43,651 bases of DNA from Burkholderiales bacterium (GTDB lineage Bacteria; Pseudomonadota; Gammaproteobacteria; Burkholderiales; Ga0077523), in contig DAIPHN010000002.1 of the NCBI GenBank assembly GCA_036771335.1, positions 1 to 43,651 on the forward strand. Direction: 5' to 3'. Shown here one piece after another: positions 7,645-17,111 of this stretch. Each line of letters begins with the position of its first letter. Within the stretch, counting starts at the first letter, position 1. A program made the position numbers and the translations under genes. The notes beneath the pieces were generated by a model. That model was not told the origin of the DNA. It worked only from the letters and a program-made list of their open reading frames with translations, and made no database searches.

Positions 7645-7719
7645 GGGCGGTTAGCTCAGCGGTAGAGCACTGCCTTCACACGGCAGGGGTCACTGGTTCG
7701 ATCCCAGTACCGCCCACCA
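7645..7719 (+). tRNA. tRNA-Val (anticodon CAC)
   Basis: GGGCGGTTAGCTCAGCGGTAGAGCACTGCCTTCACACGGCAGGGGTCACTGGTTCGATCCCAGTACCGCCCACCA. The anticodon loop is TTCACAC. Confidence 0.95.
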
Positions 7720-7757
7720 GATTTTCGTGCGTCGCGGCTGTCGCCTAGAATTAGGCC

Positions 7758-8522
7758 GTGACTCTACCATCGGCCGGTCCGCCAGGTCCTCTGGTCTCCC
7801 TGTCCGGCGTCTCGCTCACCTACCCCAACGGGGTGAACGCCCTCGCGCCCGTGAACCTGTCGGTGCGGGCCGGGGAATTCGTGTCCGTGATCGGCCCTTC
7901 GGGCTGCGGCAAGAGCACTCTGCTGCGCCTGGCAGCGGGCTTGCTGGCGCCCGCCGGTGGCACCGTGGAGCGCGCGGCTGACTGCCGACCAGCATTCGTT
8001 TTCCAGAGCCCCACGCTTATGCCCTGGGCGAGCGTGTCGCGCAACGTTGCCCTGCCTCTGGAACTGGAGAAGATGCCATCAGCGCAGGCGTGCGAGCGCG
8101 TCGCCGAGGCGCTCCAGCGGGTAGGCCTGTGGGAGCTCGCCGATGCCCTGCCGCGCGAGCGCTCCGGCGGCATGCAGATGCGCGCCTCCATCGCCCGCGC
8201 GCTGGTTACACAGCCGCGCCTGCTTCTTATGGATGAGCCCTTTGGCGCGCTCGACGAAATCACCCGGGGCCGCCTGGACCGCGACCTGCTGGCGCTCTGG
8301 CAGGCGCGCGCGCTGGGCGTGCTGTTCGTCACCCACAGCCTCTACGAGGCAGTGTTCCTGTCCACGCGCATCCTGGTGATGTCGCCGCGCCCTGGCCGCA
8401 TTGCCGCGGAACTGGCGGTGGACGAACCCGCGCCGCGCGACGACCGGTTTCGCGTGAGTGCGCGTTTCGCGCAGCTTTGCGCGCGCCTGCAGCAAGAGAT
8501 GACTCGCGCGGGGGCGGAGTGA
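7758..8522 (+). CDS. ABC transporter ATP-binding protein (NitT/TauT nitrate/sulfonate/bicarbonate type)
   Basis: Walker A GPSGCGKSTLL, signature LSGGMQMR, Walker B LLLMDEPF. GTG start. Confidence 0.9.
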   Translation: MTLPSAGPPGPLVSLSGVSLTYPNGVNALAPVNLSVRAGEFVSVIGPSGCGKSTLLRLAAGLLAPAGGTVERAADCRPAFVFQSPTLMPWASVSRNVALPLELEKMPSAQACERVAEALQRVGLWELADALPRERSGGMQMRASIARALVTQPRLLLMDEPFGALDEITRGRLDRDLLALWQARALGVLFVTHSLYEAVFLSTRILVMSPRPGRIAAELAVDEPAPRDDRFRVSARFAQLCARLQQEMTRAGAE

Positions 8523-9295
8523 ACCGGCGGGCTGCGACGCTGCTGGCGCCAGCGCTTGTTGGGGGCGTGGCGATCGCGCTCTGGCAGGGTGCGGTGAGCC
8601 TTTTCCACGTGCCCCCGTGGCTGGTGCCCGGGCCGCTGCTGGTGGCGCGCACGCTGGCGACCGACGCCGGTCTGCTGCTGGGCGCGCTGGCCGTGACGCT
8701 GGGCATCGCGCTGGCGGCGCTGGCCTGCGCCGTGGTGTTGGGCGTGGCGCTCGCCTTTCTGTTCGTGCAGAGCCGCGCCATCGAGGCGAGCCTGCTGCCC
8801 TACGCGGTGCTGCTGCAGGTCACACCCATCGTGGCCATCGCGCCGCTCATCATCATCTGGGTGCGCGAGCCGCTGCCGGCGCTGGTGATCTGCGCCACCA
8901 TCGTGGCGCTGTTTCCCATGGTGTCCAACACCACGCTGGGGCTCAAGAGCGTGGACCCCGGCCTGCTCGACCTGTTCCGCCTGCACGGAGCCAGCCGCTG
9001 GCAGGTGCTGGCGCGCCTGCGCGTGCCCTCGGCGCTACCCTACTTCTTCGCTGGGCTGAGGGTCTCCAGCGGCCTGGCGCTGATCGGCGCGGTGGTGGCG
9101 GAGTTCGTGGCCGGCACGGGCGGTACGGCCTCGGGGCTGGCCTACCAGATCCTCATGGCCGGACTGCAGCTCAACATTCCGCGGCTCTTCGCGGCACTGG
9201 TGCTGATCACCGTCACGGGCGTGGCGCTATACGGTCTCACCAGCCTGGGCGCGTGGCTTGCCCTGCGCCGCTGGCACGACAGCGCGCGCGGCTGA
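8519..9295 (+). CDS. ABC transporter permease (NitT/TauT type)
   Basis: Multi-pass hydrophobic protein. The likely GTG start at 8519 overlaps the ATPase stop (GTGA). The ORF-track start at 8477 lies inside the upstream gene. Confidence 0.85.
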   Translation: MNRRAATLLAPALVGGVAIALWQGAVSLFHVPPWLVPGPLLVARTLATDAGLLLGALAVTLGIALAALACAVVLGVALAFLFVQSRAIEASLLPYAVLLQVTPIVAIAPLIIIWVREPLPALVICATIVALFPMVSNTTLGLKSVDPGLLDLFRLHGASRWQVLARLRVPSALPYFFAGLRVSSGLALIGAVVAEFVAGTGGTASGLAYQILMAGLQLNIPRLFAALVLITVTGVALYGLTSLGAWLALRRWHDSARG

Positions 9296-9331
9296 CCTAG
9301 AATCGCAGGACATTCCCGGAGGCTCTACACC

Positions 9332-10318
9332 ATGTTCCCCGCTGCCCGCTTTCCAAAGGTTGTGCTCGCATGCCTGTGCTTGCTGGCGGCGGGCGCCGCC
9401 CGCGCCCAGGCGTCGGAGAAATTCGTGTTCATCACCAACTGGCTCGCCCAGCCCGAGCACGGCGGCTTCTACCAGGCACTGGCCGAGGGCACCTACCGCA
9501 AGTACGGCCTTGACGCGGAGATCCGAATGGGCGGACCGCAGGTAAACGTGATGCAGTTGCTGCTGGCCGGTCGCGCCGATGCGGTGATGGGTTACGACCT
9601 GCAGACCATCAGCGCCGTGGAGAACGGCCTGCCCGTGGTCACCATCGGCGCCACCTTCCAGAAGGATCCGGCGGCGCTGATCGCCCACCCGGACGTGCAG
9701 CGCATCGAAGAGCTCAAGACGCGCACGTTGCTCATCGGCCAGGCGAGCGAAACCACCTTCTGGCCGTGGCTCAAGGCCAAGTACGGCTTCACCGACGCGC
9801 AGAAGCGACCCTACGCTTTCAGCGTGCAGCAGTTCCTGGTGGACCGCACGGTGGCCCAGCAGGGCTATGCCACGTCGGAGCCCTTCGCCATCGAGCGGGG
9901 CGGCGTAAAGCCGGTGGTGTTCCTGTTGGCAGACCTGGGCTATCCGCCCTATGCCCAGACCATCGTCACCACGCGCGCGGTGCTGGAGAAGCGCCGCGAT
10001 GCGCTCGTGCGGTTTCTGCGCGCCACCGCCGAGGGCTGGAAAAGCTACCTGGCCAACCCGGTGCCCGGCAACGCGCTGGTACGCAGGGCAAACCCTGAGA
10101 TGGACGAAGCCATGCTCGCCTATGGCGTGGCGCGCATGAAGTCCTTCGGGCTGGTGACGGGCGGTGACGCGGCCACCCGCGGCATCCTCACCATGACCGA
10201 CGCGCGCTGGAAGCAGACGTGGGGCTTCATGTCGTCCGCCGGGCTGGCGAAGCCCGCCACGGACTGGAGCAAGGCCTACACGCTAGAACTGGTGGAATCG
10301 GTTCGCGTGCTGCCCTGA
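9332..10318 (+). CDS. ABC transporter substrate-binding protein (NMT1/THI5-like)
   Basis: Signal peptide ...LLAAGAARA|QAS, then FITNWLAQPEHGGFYQALAEG..., typical of NMT1/THI5-type periplasmic binding proteins. The substrate cannot be inferred. Confidence 0.8.
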   Translation: MFPAARFPKVVLACLCLLAAGAARAQASEKFVFITNWLAQPEHGGFYQALAEGTYRKYGLDAEIRMGGPQVNVMQLLLAGRADAVMGYDLQTISAVENGLPVVTIGATFQKDPAALIAHPDVQRIEELKTRTLLIGQASETTFWPWLKAKYGFTDAQKRPYAFSVQQFLVDRTVAQQGYATSEPFAIERGGVKPVVFLLADLGYPPYAQTIVTTRAVLEKRRDALVRFLRATAEGWKSYLANPVPGNALVRRANPEMDEAMLAYGVARMKSFGLVTGGDAATRGILTMTDARWKQTWGFMSSAGLAKPATDWSKAYTLELVESVRVLP

Positions 10319-11040
10319 GGGGGTGAGCTGGTGGCGCCCGACGCCGCCAGGGTTTTCCACAGACACTGTCCCCTGGAGGCCTTGTCCAGGTCCTCGAGAT
10401 AGCGCTCGTGGGCCTCGCGCTCGACGTCACCGGCACGCAGAACGACCAGGGTAAGGGGGCCCGCGTCGGCCAGTCCCGTACCGCTTACGGCGGATTCGGC
10501 GCCTAAATCCATGGCGAGGGTGTCCTGGCCGCGGGTCATGGCAAGATAGGCCTCGGCCAGCAGGCGGGCGTCCAGAAGCGCGCCGTGCAAAGTGCGTGCA
10601 GAGTGGTCCACGCCGTAACGCTCGCACAGCGCGTCGAGACTGTTGCGCTTGCCGGGGTGAAGCTCCTTGGCCAGGCGCAGCGTGTCGAGCACCGCGCTGG
10701 CGTGCCGGGCGATGCCCGGCAGATCGAGACGCCGCAACTCCGCATCGAGGAATGCGGTGTCGAAGGGCGCGTTGTGAATGACCAGCTGCGCCTCCCGCAC
10801 GAACTCGAGAAACTCCTCCGCCACATCGCCGAACAACGGCTTGTCCGAGAGGAATTCCTCGGTGAGGCCGTGCACTTCCAGCGCGCCGGGGTCGCTGGGC
10901 CTCTGGGGATTGAGATAGCGGTGGAAGGTGCGGCCCGTGAGGCGGCGGTTCACCAGTTCCACCCCGGCCAGTTCGATGACCCGGTGGCCCAGCGCGGGGT
11001 CGAGGCCTGTGGTTTCCGTGTCCAGCACCACCTGCCGCAC
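10276..11040 (-). CDS. dnaQ: DNA polymerase III epsilon subunit (3'-5' proofreading exonuclease)
   Basis: GTG at 11040 has GGGGAG upstream. The product reads MRQVVLDTETTGL...VIHNAPFDTAFL...HGALLDARLLAEAYL (Exo I-III motifs). The ORF-track N-terminus (to 11457) overlaps rnhA in another frame and is not credited. Confidence 0.9.
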   Translation of the reverse strand: MRQVVLDTETTGLDPALGHRVIELAGVELVNRRLTGRTFHRYLNPQRPSDPGALEVHGLTEEFLSDKPLFGDVAEEFLEFVREAQLVIHNAPFDTAFLDAELRRLDLPGIARHASAVLDTLRLAKELHPGKRNSLDALCERYGVDHSARTLHGALLDARLLAEAYLAMTRGQDTLAMDLGAESAVSGTGLADAGPLTLVVLRAGDVEREAHERYLEDLDKASRGQCLWKTLAASGATSSPPQGSTRTDSTSSSV

Positions 11041-11045
11041 CGCCG

Positions 11046-11504
11046 CTAGCTCCCCCGCGCGGTGGTTGCCACGCCGCGGTTGGCAAGCCGGTCGGCGCGC
11101 TCGTTGCCGTCGTGGCCGGCATGGCCCTTGACCCAGACCCACTCCACCCGGTGCCGCGCCGCCAGCGCGTCCATCTCGCGCCACAACTCGACGTTCTTTA
11201 CGGGCTTGTTGTCGGCGGTTTTCCATCCACGCCGCTTCCAGGCATGGATCCACTCGGTGATGCCCTTTTGCACGTACTGCGAATCGGTGTGCAGGCGCAC
11301 CGCCGATCCTTCCGGCAGCGCCGCCAGAGCCCGGATGACAGCCACCATCTCCATGCGATTGTTGGTGGTGACGGCCTCGCCCCCGCACAGCTCGCGCTCG
11401 TTGCCGGCCTCGCGCAACAGCACACCCCACCCCCCGGGCCCCGGGTTGCCCTTGCACGCACCGTCGGTGAAAGCCTCCACCATCTGGCGGTCAGTCAGCT
11501 GCAT
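11046..11504 (-). CDS. rnhA: Ribonuclease HI
   Basis: ...[24 protein letters not shown]...TTNNRMEM...LHTDSQYV...[15 protein letters not shown]. The start is ATG 11504 or 11483. Confidence 0.9.
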   Translation of the reverse strand: MQLTDRQMVEAFTDGACKGNPGPGGWGVLLREAGNERELCGGEAVTTNNRMEMVAVIRALAALPEGSAVRLHTDSQYVQKGITEWIHAWKRRGWKTADNKPVKNVELWREMDALAARHRVEWVWVKGHAGHDGNERADRLANRGVATTARGS

Positions 11505-12270
11505 GGCGGCGATGGCACGCACCATCGCGCTGGGTAATGCGCTGCGGAACCGGCGACAGCAGACGCCTGCGCGAGGATGCCATGCGCCAGCGCGGCGTGA
11601 TGAGGCGCACGCCATTCACGCGCTTGACGCCGTGCAGGAAGTAGACCCCTCCGGCAAAGGGCCACCAGCGATCGCCGGCCGCCTCCATGAAGCCGCAGCG
11701 TGCCAGCCAGCGCTCGCCGCGACACGGCGGAACGTAGGCGGTCATGCGTCCTGCCGCCACCTCGAAGCCGAGCAACGCGAGCCAGTCCTTGATGCGCGGC
11801 AGCGCCACGAACTGACCGCACCAGGGGTAGCGCTCGCTTCGAGCGCGCGCCACGCGGGCCAGCCCCCACAGGCTCCAGGGATTGAAGGCCGAAATCACCA
11901 CTCTTCCCTCCGGCCGGAGCACCCGCTGCACCTCGCGCAACAGTTGATGAGGGTTGTGGCTGAACTCCAGTGCGTGCGGCAGCACCACGAGGTCCACTCC
12001 GCCTGAGGAAAAGGGCATTTCGCAGGCGTCGGCGCGAACGCGCACCGGCCCGTCGACGCCAAGGCAGGCGTGCAACGGCATGCGATTGGCCCGCAGGAAG
12101 TCGAACTCCGGCAGACCCACCTGAAGGGCATTGAAGCCGAAGACGTCGCTCACTTCCGTATCGAACCAGGCGAATTCATGCTGCAGCAGATACGCGCCCA
12201 GCGGCGTATGGAACCATTGCGCCAGTCCGGAAACCGCGCCGGCTTCAATTGACACGGGGATCGATTGCAC
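11491..12270 (-). CDS. Class I SAM-dependent methyltransferase (YafS-like position between gloB and rnhA)
   Basis: ...[45 protein letters not shown]... The start is GTG 12270 or GTG 12255. It is divergent from gloB. Confidence 0.75.
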   Translation of the reverse strand: MQSIPVSIEAGAVSGLAQWFHTPLGAYLLQHEFAWFDTEVSDVFGFNALQVGLPEFDFLRANRMPLHACLGVDGPVRVRADACEMPFSSGGVDLVVLPHALEFSHNPHQLLREVQRVLRPEGRVVISAFNPWSLWGLARVARARSERYPWCGQFVALPRIKDWLALLGFEVAAGRMTAYVPPCRGERWLARCGFMEAAGDRWWPFAGGVYFLHGVKRVNGVRLITPRWRMASSRRRLLSPVPQRITQRDGACHRRHAAD

Positions 12271-12287
12271 TTGACACTCGACAGGTC

Positions 12288-13055
12288 ATGACGACCAAGA
12301 TCGTTCCTCTGCGGGCCTTCCGCGACAACTACATATGGTGCCTGCACGACGGCACGCACGCGGCCGTGGTGGATCCAGGTGACGCGGCACCTGTCGTCGA
12401 ATTCGTGCGCGCGGGCGGACTGAAGCTCTGTGCGGTGCTGTGCACTCATCACCATGCCGATCACGTAGGGGGCTGCGCAAGACTCGCGATCGAGTATAGC
12501 GTACCGGTCATCGGGCCCGCAGCCGAACGTATCGAGGCGCTGAGCGTGCCCGTGCGCGGCGGCGATCGTGTCACGGTGCCCGAACTTGCACTGGACTTCG
12601 AGGTGCTGGACATTCCGGGCCACACAGCAGGCCACATCGCCTTCGCGGGCCCCGGCTGTCTGTTCTGCGGAGACACGCTGTTCTCCGCGGGGTGCGGCCG
12701 GCTGTTCGAGGGCACGCCCGCGCAGATGCACGCCTCGCTTGCAAAACTCGCTGCGCTCCCAGATCACACGCAGGTCTTCTGCGGCCACGAGTACACCGCC
12801 GCCAACATCCGCTTTGCCACCATGGTGGAGCCCGGCAACGCCGCCCTTGCAGCAAGGCGCGAGCAGGTAGATGCGCTCACACGCCAGGGCCTGCCTTCGT
12901 TGCCCTCGCTCATGGGCGAGGAGCGGCTTGTCAACCCGTTCCTGCGTACCGGCGTTCCCGCGGTACGCGCGGCAGCCGAGCGCCGCACGGGGCACGCTAT
13001 CCACGACGAGGTGGAAGTATTCAGGGTGCTGCGGGACTGGAAAAACCAGTCTTGA
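12288..13055 (+). CDS. gloB: Hydroxyacylglutathione hydrolase (glyoxalase II)
   Basis: MTTKIVPLRAFRDNYIWCL...VLCTHHHADHVGG...GHTAGHI... (metallo-beta-lactamase HxHxDH motif). Confidence 0.9.
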   Translation: MTTKIVPLRAFRDNYIWCLHDGTHAAVVDPGDAAPVVEFVRAGGLKLCAVLCTHHHADHVGGCARLAIEYSVPVIGPAAERIEALSVPVRGGDRVTVPELALDFEVLDIPGHTAGHIAFAGPGCLFCGDTLFSAGCGRLFEGTPAQMHASLAKLAALPDHTQVFCGHEYTAANIRFATMVEPGNAALAARREQVDALTRQGLPSLPSLMGEERLVNPFLRTGVPAVRAAAERRTGHAIHDEVEVFRVLRDWKNQS

Positions 13056-13187
13056 CTGCCCTGTCTGCGCTTGTTGCAGGAGCCGCCCTCGCGGCAACCC
13101 GGGCATATGCGCACAGAGCCTTGGCGCAGAGGGCGCCTTCACGGGTCCAAGACGGCGGGAGTGAGCGAACATAATTGACTGAAATCA

Positions 13188-15032
13188 ATGGCCTGTTTAC
13201 GCTACCTCATGCGCATAAAGGCCTACTTTTCAAGCATGACCACGGCCTCTTTCAGAGGCAGTCTCCTTTTCGGTGTCCTGGCAGCCGGGAGCTGGGTGGC
13301 CGCGGCACCGCTCCCGCCAGGGGGTGTTCCATCAGGCTTTTCGGAGCAGGCAACCGCCGCATTCGCATCGCGCGAGTCGCAGCACGGTAGCGCCGCATCG
13401 CGCGGCACAGTCGAAGCGTTTGCGGTGCGGGTTGCCGAAGCGGCTCCTGCTCCAAACAACCTTCACCGGGTTGGCGTCCCGCTCGATAAGCAGGTTCGCT
13501 CCGGCTCCGGAGCTGTGCCGCCAGCTACGACGGACAGTGTCACCGTGCATTCCCTCCTTCCTCTGGAAGCCGAACGCTCTGGCTCGGGTGTGCGACCCCT
13601 CCTTCCAGAGAGCGCCGCAGCCGCAGGCGTAGTGGTGCGTGACGCGGGTTCCGCCCCCGGGAGCGTTCCGCTGGCCGACACGGAGTATGCCGCCGCAGGC
13701 GAGAACGCTTCGCGCAACAGCCTGTGGGCGCGCATCCGCGCCGGCTACGCCATTCCGGAACTTGACACGGCGGCCGTACGCCGCCACGAGGCCTGGTACC
13801 TGAACCGCCCCGCCTATGTGGCGCGCATGGTGGAGCGCAGCCGCCGCTATCTGTTCTTCGTGGTGGAAGAGCTCGAAAAGCGCGGCATGCCGGTAGACCT
13901 GGCGCTGCTGCCCATGATCGAAAGCGCCTACAACCCCGGGGCCTACTCGCGCGCCCACGCCGCGGGCATGTGGCAGTTCATCCCCGCCACGGGCCGGCAC
14001 TACGGCCTGGAGCAGAACTGGTGGTATGACGGACGGCGCGATGTCATGGCCGCCACCCGGGCGGCGCTCGATTACCTGCAAAAACTCTACTCCGACTTCG
14101 GCGACTGGCAACTGGCCCTGGCCGCCTACAACTGGGGCGAAGGCGCGGTCTCGCGCGCGATCGAAAGGAACCGGCGCCTGCAAAAACCGACGGGCTACGT
14201 GGACCTGCGCATGCCCGCCGAAACGGCCAACTACGTGCCCAAGCTGCAAGCTGTGAAGAACATCGTGGCCGACCCGGCACGCTACAGCCTCAGTCTCGAA
14301 GACATTCCCAACCAGCCTTATTTCACCCGCGTGACGCTGCCCGCCCACATGGATGTGAAGCGCGCTGCGGCGCTGGCGGAAATGGAGGTGGAAGAGTTCC
14401 GGTCCCTCAACCCGGCCCACAACCGCCCCGTGATCACCCCGGCGGGTGGCGCCAGCGTGCTGCTGCCGGTGGACCGCGCCGAAGTGTTCCATGCCAACCT
14501 CGAGTCCAATGACGATCCGCTGGTAACGTGGCGGGTACACTCGCTGCGCCCGGGGGAGACTCTGGAATCGGTCGCCTCACGCTTCGGTCTGGCGCCGGCC
14601 ACCCTGCGCCAGGTGAACGGCATTGGTGCGCGCCGCCACCTGCGGGCGGGTCAGGCGCTGCTGGTGCCTACGCCCGGCGCCTCGCAAGCCTCGGAAGTGG
14701 ATCTCGCCTACACGGCACTGTCGCGCCAGCCCGCCTTCATGGACTCGGCTCCGCGATTCCACAAGGTACGACGCGGCGAGACGCTACCCCCCATCTCTGC
14801 CGACTTCGGCCTGAACGCCTCGGATCTTGCCCGCTGGAATCATCTCAAAGGTGGCAAGCCGAGGCCTGGCCAGCGCATCTCCCTGGTGCCGCCTGCGCCC
14901 AAGCACGCGCGGGCCGCCCACCGCTCGAACGCTGGCAAGGCAGCCAAGCCGGCGGCGCGCAATCCACGCACGAAACCCAATTCGCCCTCGCGACCGGCCG
15001 GAGCGCGCCCGCACCTCGCCGCAGCCAAGTGA
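13188..15032 (+). CDS. mltD: Membrane-bound lytic murein transglycosylase D-like protein (SLT domain plus two LysM domains)
   Basis: ...LALLPMIESAYNPGAYSRAHAAGMWQFIPATG... (SLT catalytic region). Two LysM repeats are present (HSLRPGETLESVASRFG..., HKVRRGETLPPISADFG...). The true start may be the internal ATG at 13209 or 13236. Confidence 0.85.
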   Translation: MACLRYLMRIKAYFSSMTTASFRGSLLFGVLAAGSWVAAAPLPPGGVPSGFSEQATAAFASRESQHGSAASRGTVEAFAVRVAEAAPAPNNLHRVGVPLDKQVRSGSGAVPPATTDSVTVHSLLPLEAERSGSGVRPLLPESAAAAGVVVRDAGSAPGSVPLADTEYAAAGENASRNSLWARIRAGYAIPELDTAAVRRHEAWYLNRPAYVARMVERSRRYLFFVVEELEKRGMPVDLALLPMIESAYNPGAYSRAHAAGMWQFIPATGRHYGLEQNWWYDGRRDVMAATRAALDYLQKLYSDFGDWQLALAAYNWGEGAVSRAIERNRRLQKPTGYVDLRMPAETANYVPKLQAVKNIVADPARYSLSLEDIPNQPYFTRVTLPAHMDVKRAAALAEMEVEEFRSLNPAHNRPVITPAGGASVLLPVDRAEVFHANLESNDDPLVTWRVHSLRPGETLESVASRFGLAPATLRQVNGIGARRHLRAGQALLVPTPGASQASEVDLAYTALSRQPAFMDSAPRFHKVRRGETLPPISADFGLNASDLARWNHLKGGKPRPGQRISLVPPAPKHARAAHRSNAGKAAKPAARNPRTKPNSPSRPAGARPHLAAAK

Positions 15033-15089
15033 ATCGGGCGTTGTGCCCGAACAAAACGCGCCGGATCGCCTCTTTAGCCGAGCCGTACT

Positions 15090-17111
15090 TCACGAATCCG
15101 CGGGGCTTGCCAGCACGCACCGCACCCAGTGACCGGGGAACAAGGTAACGGTCTCCGGGTAACGCTCACGGCAGCCCGGCCGTGCCTGGGAACAGCGCGG
15201 GTGGAAGTGGCAACCCGCCGGCGGACTGGCTGGCGAGGGCAGGTCGCCCTCGATGCGCAAACGCTGTCGCCCGCTCTGGCCATCCAGGCGCGGCACCGCC
15301 TCGAGGAGCGCCTGGGTGTAGGGATGGCGGGGTGATTCGAGCACTTCGCGTACGCCGCCGTGCTCGACGATGCGGCCCAGGTACATCACCGCCACCTCGT
15401 GGGCGAGAAACTCCACCACCGACAGGTTGTGGGTGATGAACAGGTAAGCCAGCCCGAGGCGCTGCTGCAGGTCGCGCAGCAGATTGAGGATCTGCGCCTG
15501 CACCGACACGTCCAGCGCCGATGTGGGCTCGTCGCAGACCAGGATCTTTGGCTCCACTGCCAGGGCGCGGGCGATGGCAATGCGCTGCCGCTGCCCTCCC
15601 GACAGTTCGTGGGGATACCGGTGACGCATGTCGGTACTCAAGCCCACCTGATCGAGCAGTTCATCCACGCGGCGTTCCCGTGCGGCCGCATCGCCGCCCA
15701 CCCCCAGCGCCTGCATGCCCTCGGTAACGATCTCTGCCAGCCGCATGCGCGGGTTGAGGGAGGCGAAGGGATCCTGGAAGATGATCTGGAAATCGCGCCG
15801 CCGGGTGCGCAACGCCATGCCGCGCAGGGCGGTAAGGTCCTCTCCCCGCAGCAGCACCCGCCCCTGCGTGGGTTCCAGCAGGCGCGCCATGGCCTTTCCA
15901 GCAGTGGTCTTGCCGCAGCCCGATTCCCCCACCAGCGCCAGAGTGCGCCCAGCGTGCAACTCCAGCGACAGGCCGTCCACCGCGCGCACCTGACCCACCA
16001 CCCGCTTGAGCACCCCGCGGCGGATGGGGAAGTGCACGGCAAGATCGCGCGCCTCCAGCAACGGGCCCGACGCCACCGGCTGCTGCGCCGCCACTGTCGC
16101 CGCCGACATCGTGGCCTTGGGTGGCGCGGCGCGCCCCGCAAAGCGCGGGGCGTGCAGGTGGCAGCGCGCTGCCTGGCCGCCCTCCAACTGGACCATGGCG
16201 GGCGGGGTGCTGCTGCACGCCTCGAAGGCACGCTCGCAGCGCTCGGCGAAACGGCACCCGGAAAACTCGCGCCACAGCGGCGGCACCTGGCCTCCAATGG
16301 CCGCCAGCGGGGCATCACGCAGATGCCGCCCCGGAACAGAGGCGAACAGCTTGCGCGTGTAAGGGTGGGCCGGCGCGGCGAACAGCCGCTCGCGCGGAGC
16401 GGTCTCCACCAGTTCGCCAGCGTAGATCACGGCCACGCGATGGGCCATCTCGGCCACCACGCCCAGATCATGGGTGATCAGCAGCACAGCCATGCCGGTG
16501 CGCTGCTGAAGCTCGCGCAACAGCCCCAGCACCTGAGCCTGGATGGTCACGTCCAGGGCGGTGGTGGGCTCATCGGCGATCAGCAGCTCCGGCTCGCAGG
16601 CGAGTGCGCCAGCGATCATGACGCGCTGCTTGAGGCCACCGGAGAGCTGGAAAGGATACTCGTCCATGCGCCGGCGCGGGTCGGGGATGCCCACTGCCTC
16701 GAACAACTCGAGCACGCGCCGGTCGGCGGCGCTGCCGCGCAGGCCCAGGTGGCGGTCGAGCACTTCGCGCACCTGATCACCCGCGGTCATGACGGGGTCG
16801 AGACTCGACCCCGGCTCCTGAAAGATCATGCCGATGCGCCGGCCGCGCACGTCGCGCATGGCGCGCTCCGGCAGCGCCAGCAGGTCCGTGCCCTCCAGGC
16901 GTACTTCGCCGCCCACCACGCGGCCGGCGTCGGGCAGCAGGCGCATCACCGACAGCGCCGTGAGCGACTTGCCGCTGCCCGACTCGCCCAGCAGTGCGAA
17001 GGTCTCGCCGCGATCGAGCGACAGGGAGACGCCGTCCACGGCCCGGATCACCCGGTCGCCAGCGGCGATCCAGGTACGCAGGTCGCGGATTTCCAGCAGC
17101 GGCGCGCTCAC
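15090..17111 (-). CDS. Fused double-ATPase ABC protein of a peptide importer (YejF-like)
   Basis: Two Walker A sites ([16 protein letters not shown]), two signatures ([16 protein letters not shown]) and oligopeptide C-terminal motifs. GTG 17111 overlaps the permease stop (GTGA). The ORF-track N-terminus (to 17609) is not credited. Confidence 0.85.
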   Translation of the reverse strand: MSAPLLEIRDLRTWIAAGDRVIRAVDGVSLSLDRGETFALLGESGSGKSLTALSVMRLLPDAGRVVGGEVRLEGTDLLALPERAMRDVRGRRIGMIFQEPGSSLDPVMTAGDQVREVLDRHLGLRGSAADRRVLELFEAVGIPDPRRRMDEYPFQLSGGLKQRVMIAGALACEPELLIADEPTTALDVTIQAQVLGLLRELQQRTGMAVLLITHDLGVVAEMAHRVAVIYAGELVETAPRERLFAAPAHPYTRKLFASVPGRHLRDAPLAAIGGQVPPLWREFSGCRFAERCERAFEACSSTPPAMVQLEGGQAARCHLHAPRFAGRAAPPKATMSAATVAAQQPVASGPLLEARDLAVHFPIRRGVLKRVVGQVRAVDGLSLELHAGRTLALVGESGCGKTTAGKAMARLLEPTQGRVLLRGEDLTALRGMALRTRRRDFQIIFQDPFASLNPRMRLAEIVTEGMQALGVGGDAAARERRVDELLDQVGLSTDMRHRYPHELSGGQRQRIAIARALAVEPKILVCDEPTSALDVSVQAQILNLLRDLQQRLGLAYLFITHNLSVVEFLAHEVAVMYLGRIVEHGGVREVLESPRHPYTQALLEAVPRLDGQSGRQRLRIEGDLPSPASPPAGCHFHPRCSQARPGCRERYPETVTLFPGHWVRCVLASPADS

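Noticed and set aside
15033-15089. CGGGC-gttgt-GCCCG hairpin between the convergent mltD and yejF-like genes, and a similar GCCGCC...GGCGGC hairpin at 22689-22709 between fabI and ppiD, as terminators.
   Set aside because: The stems are only 5-6 bp and neither has a downstream U-tract in either orientation. The evidence is too weak to list them as features.
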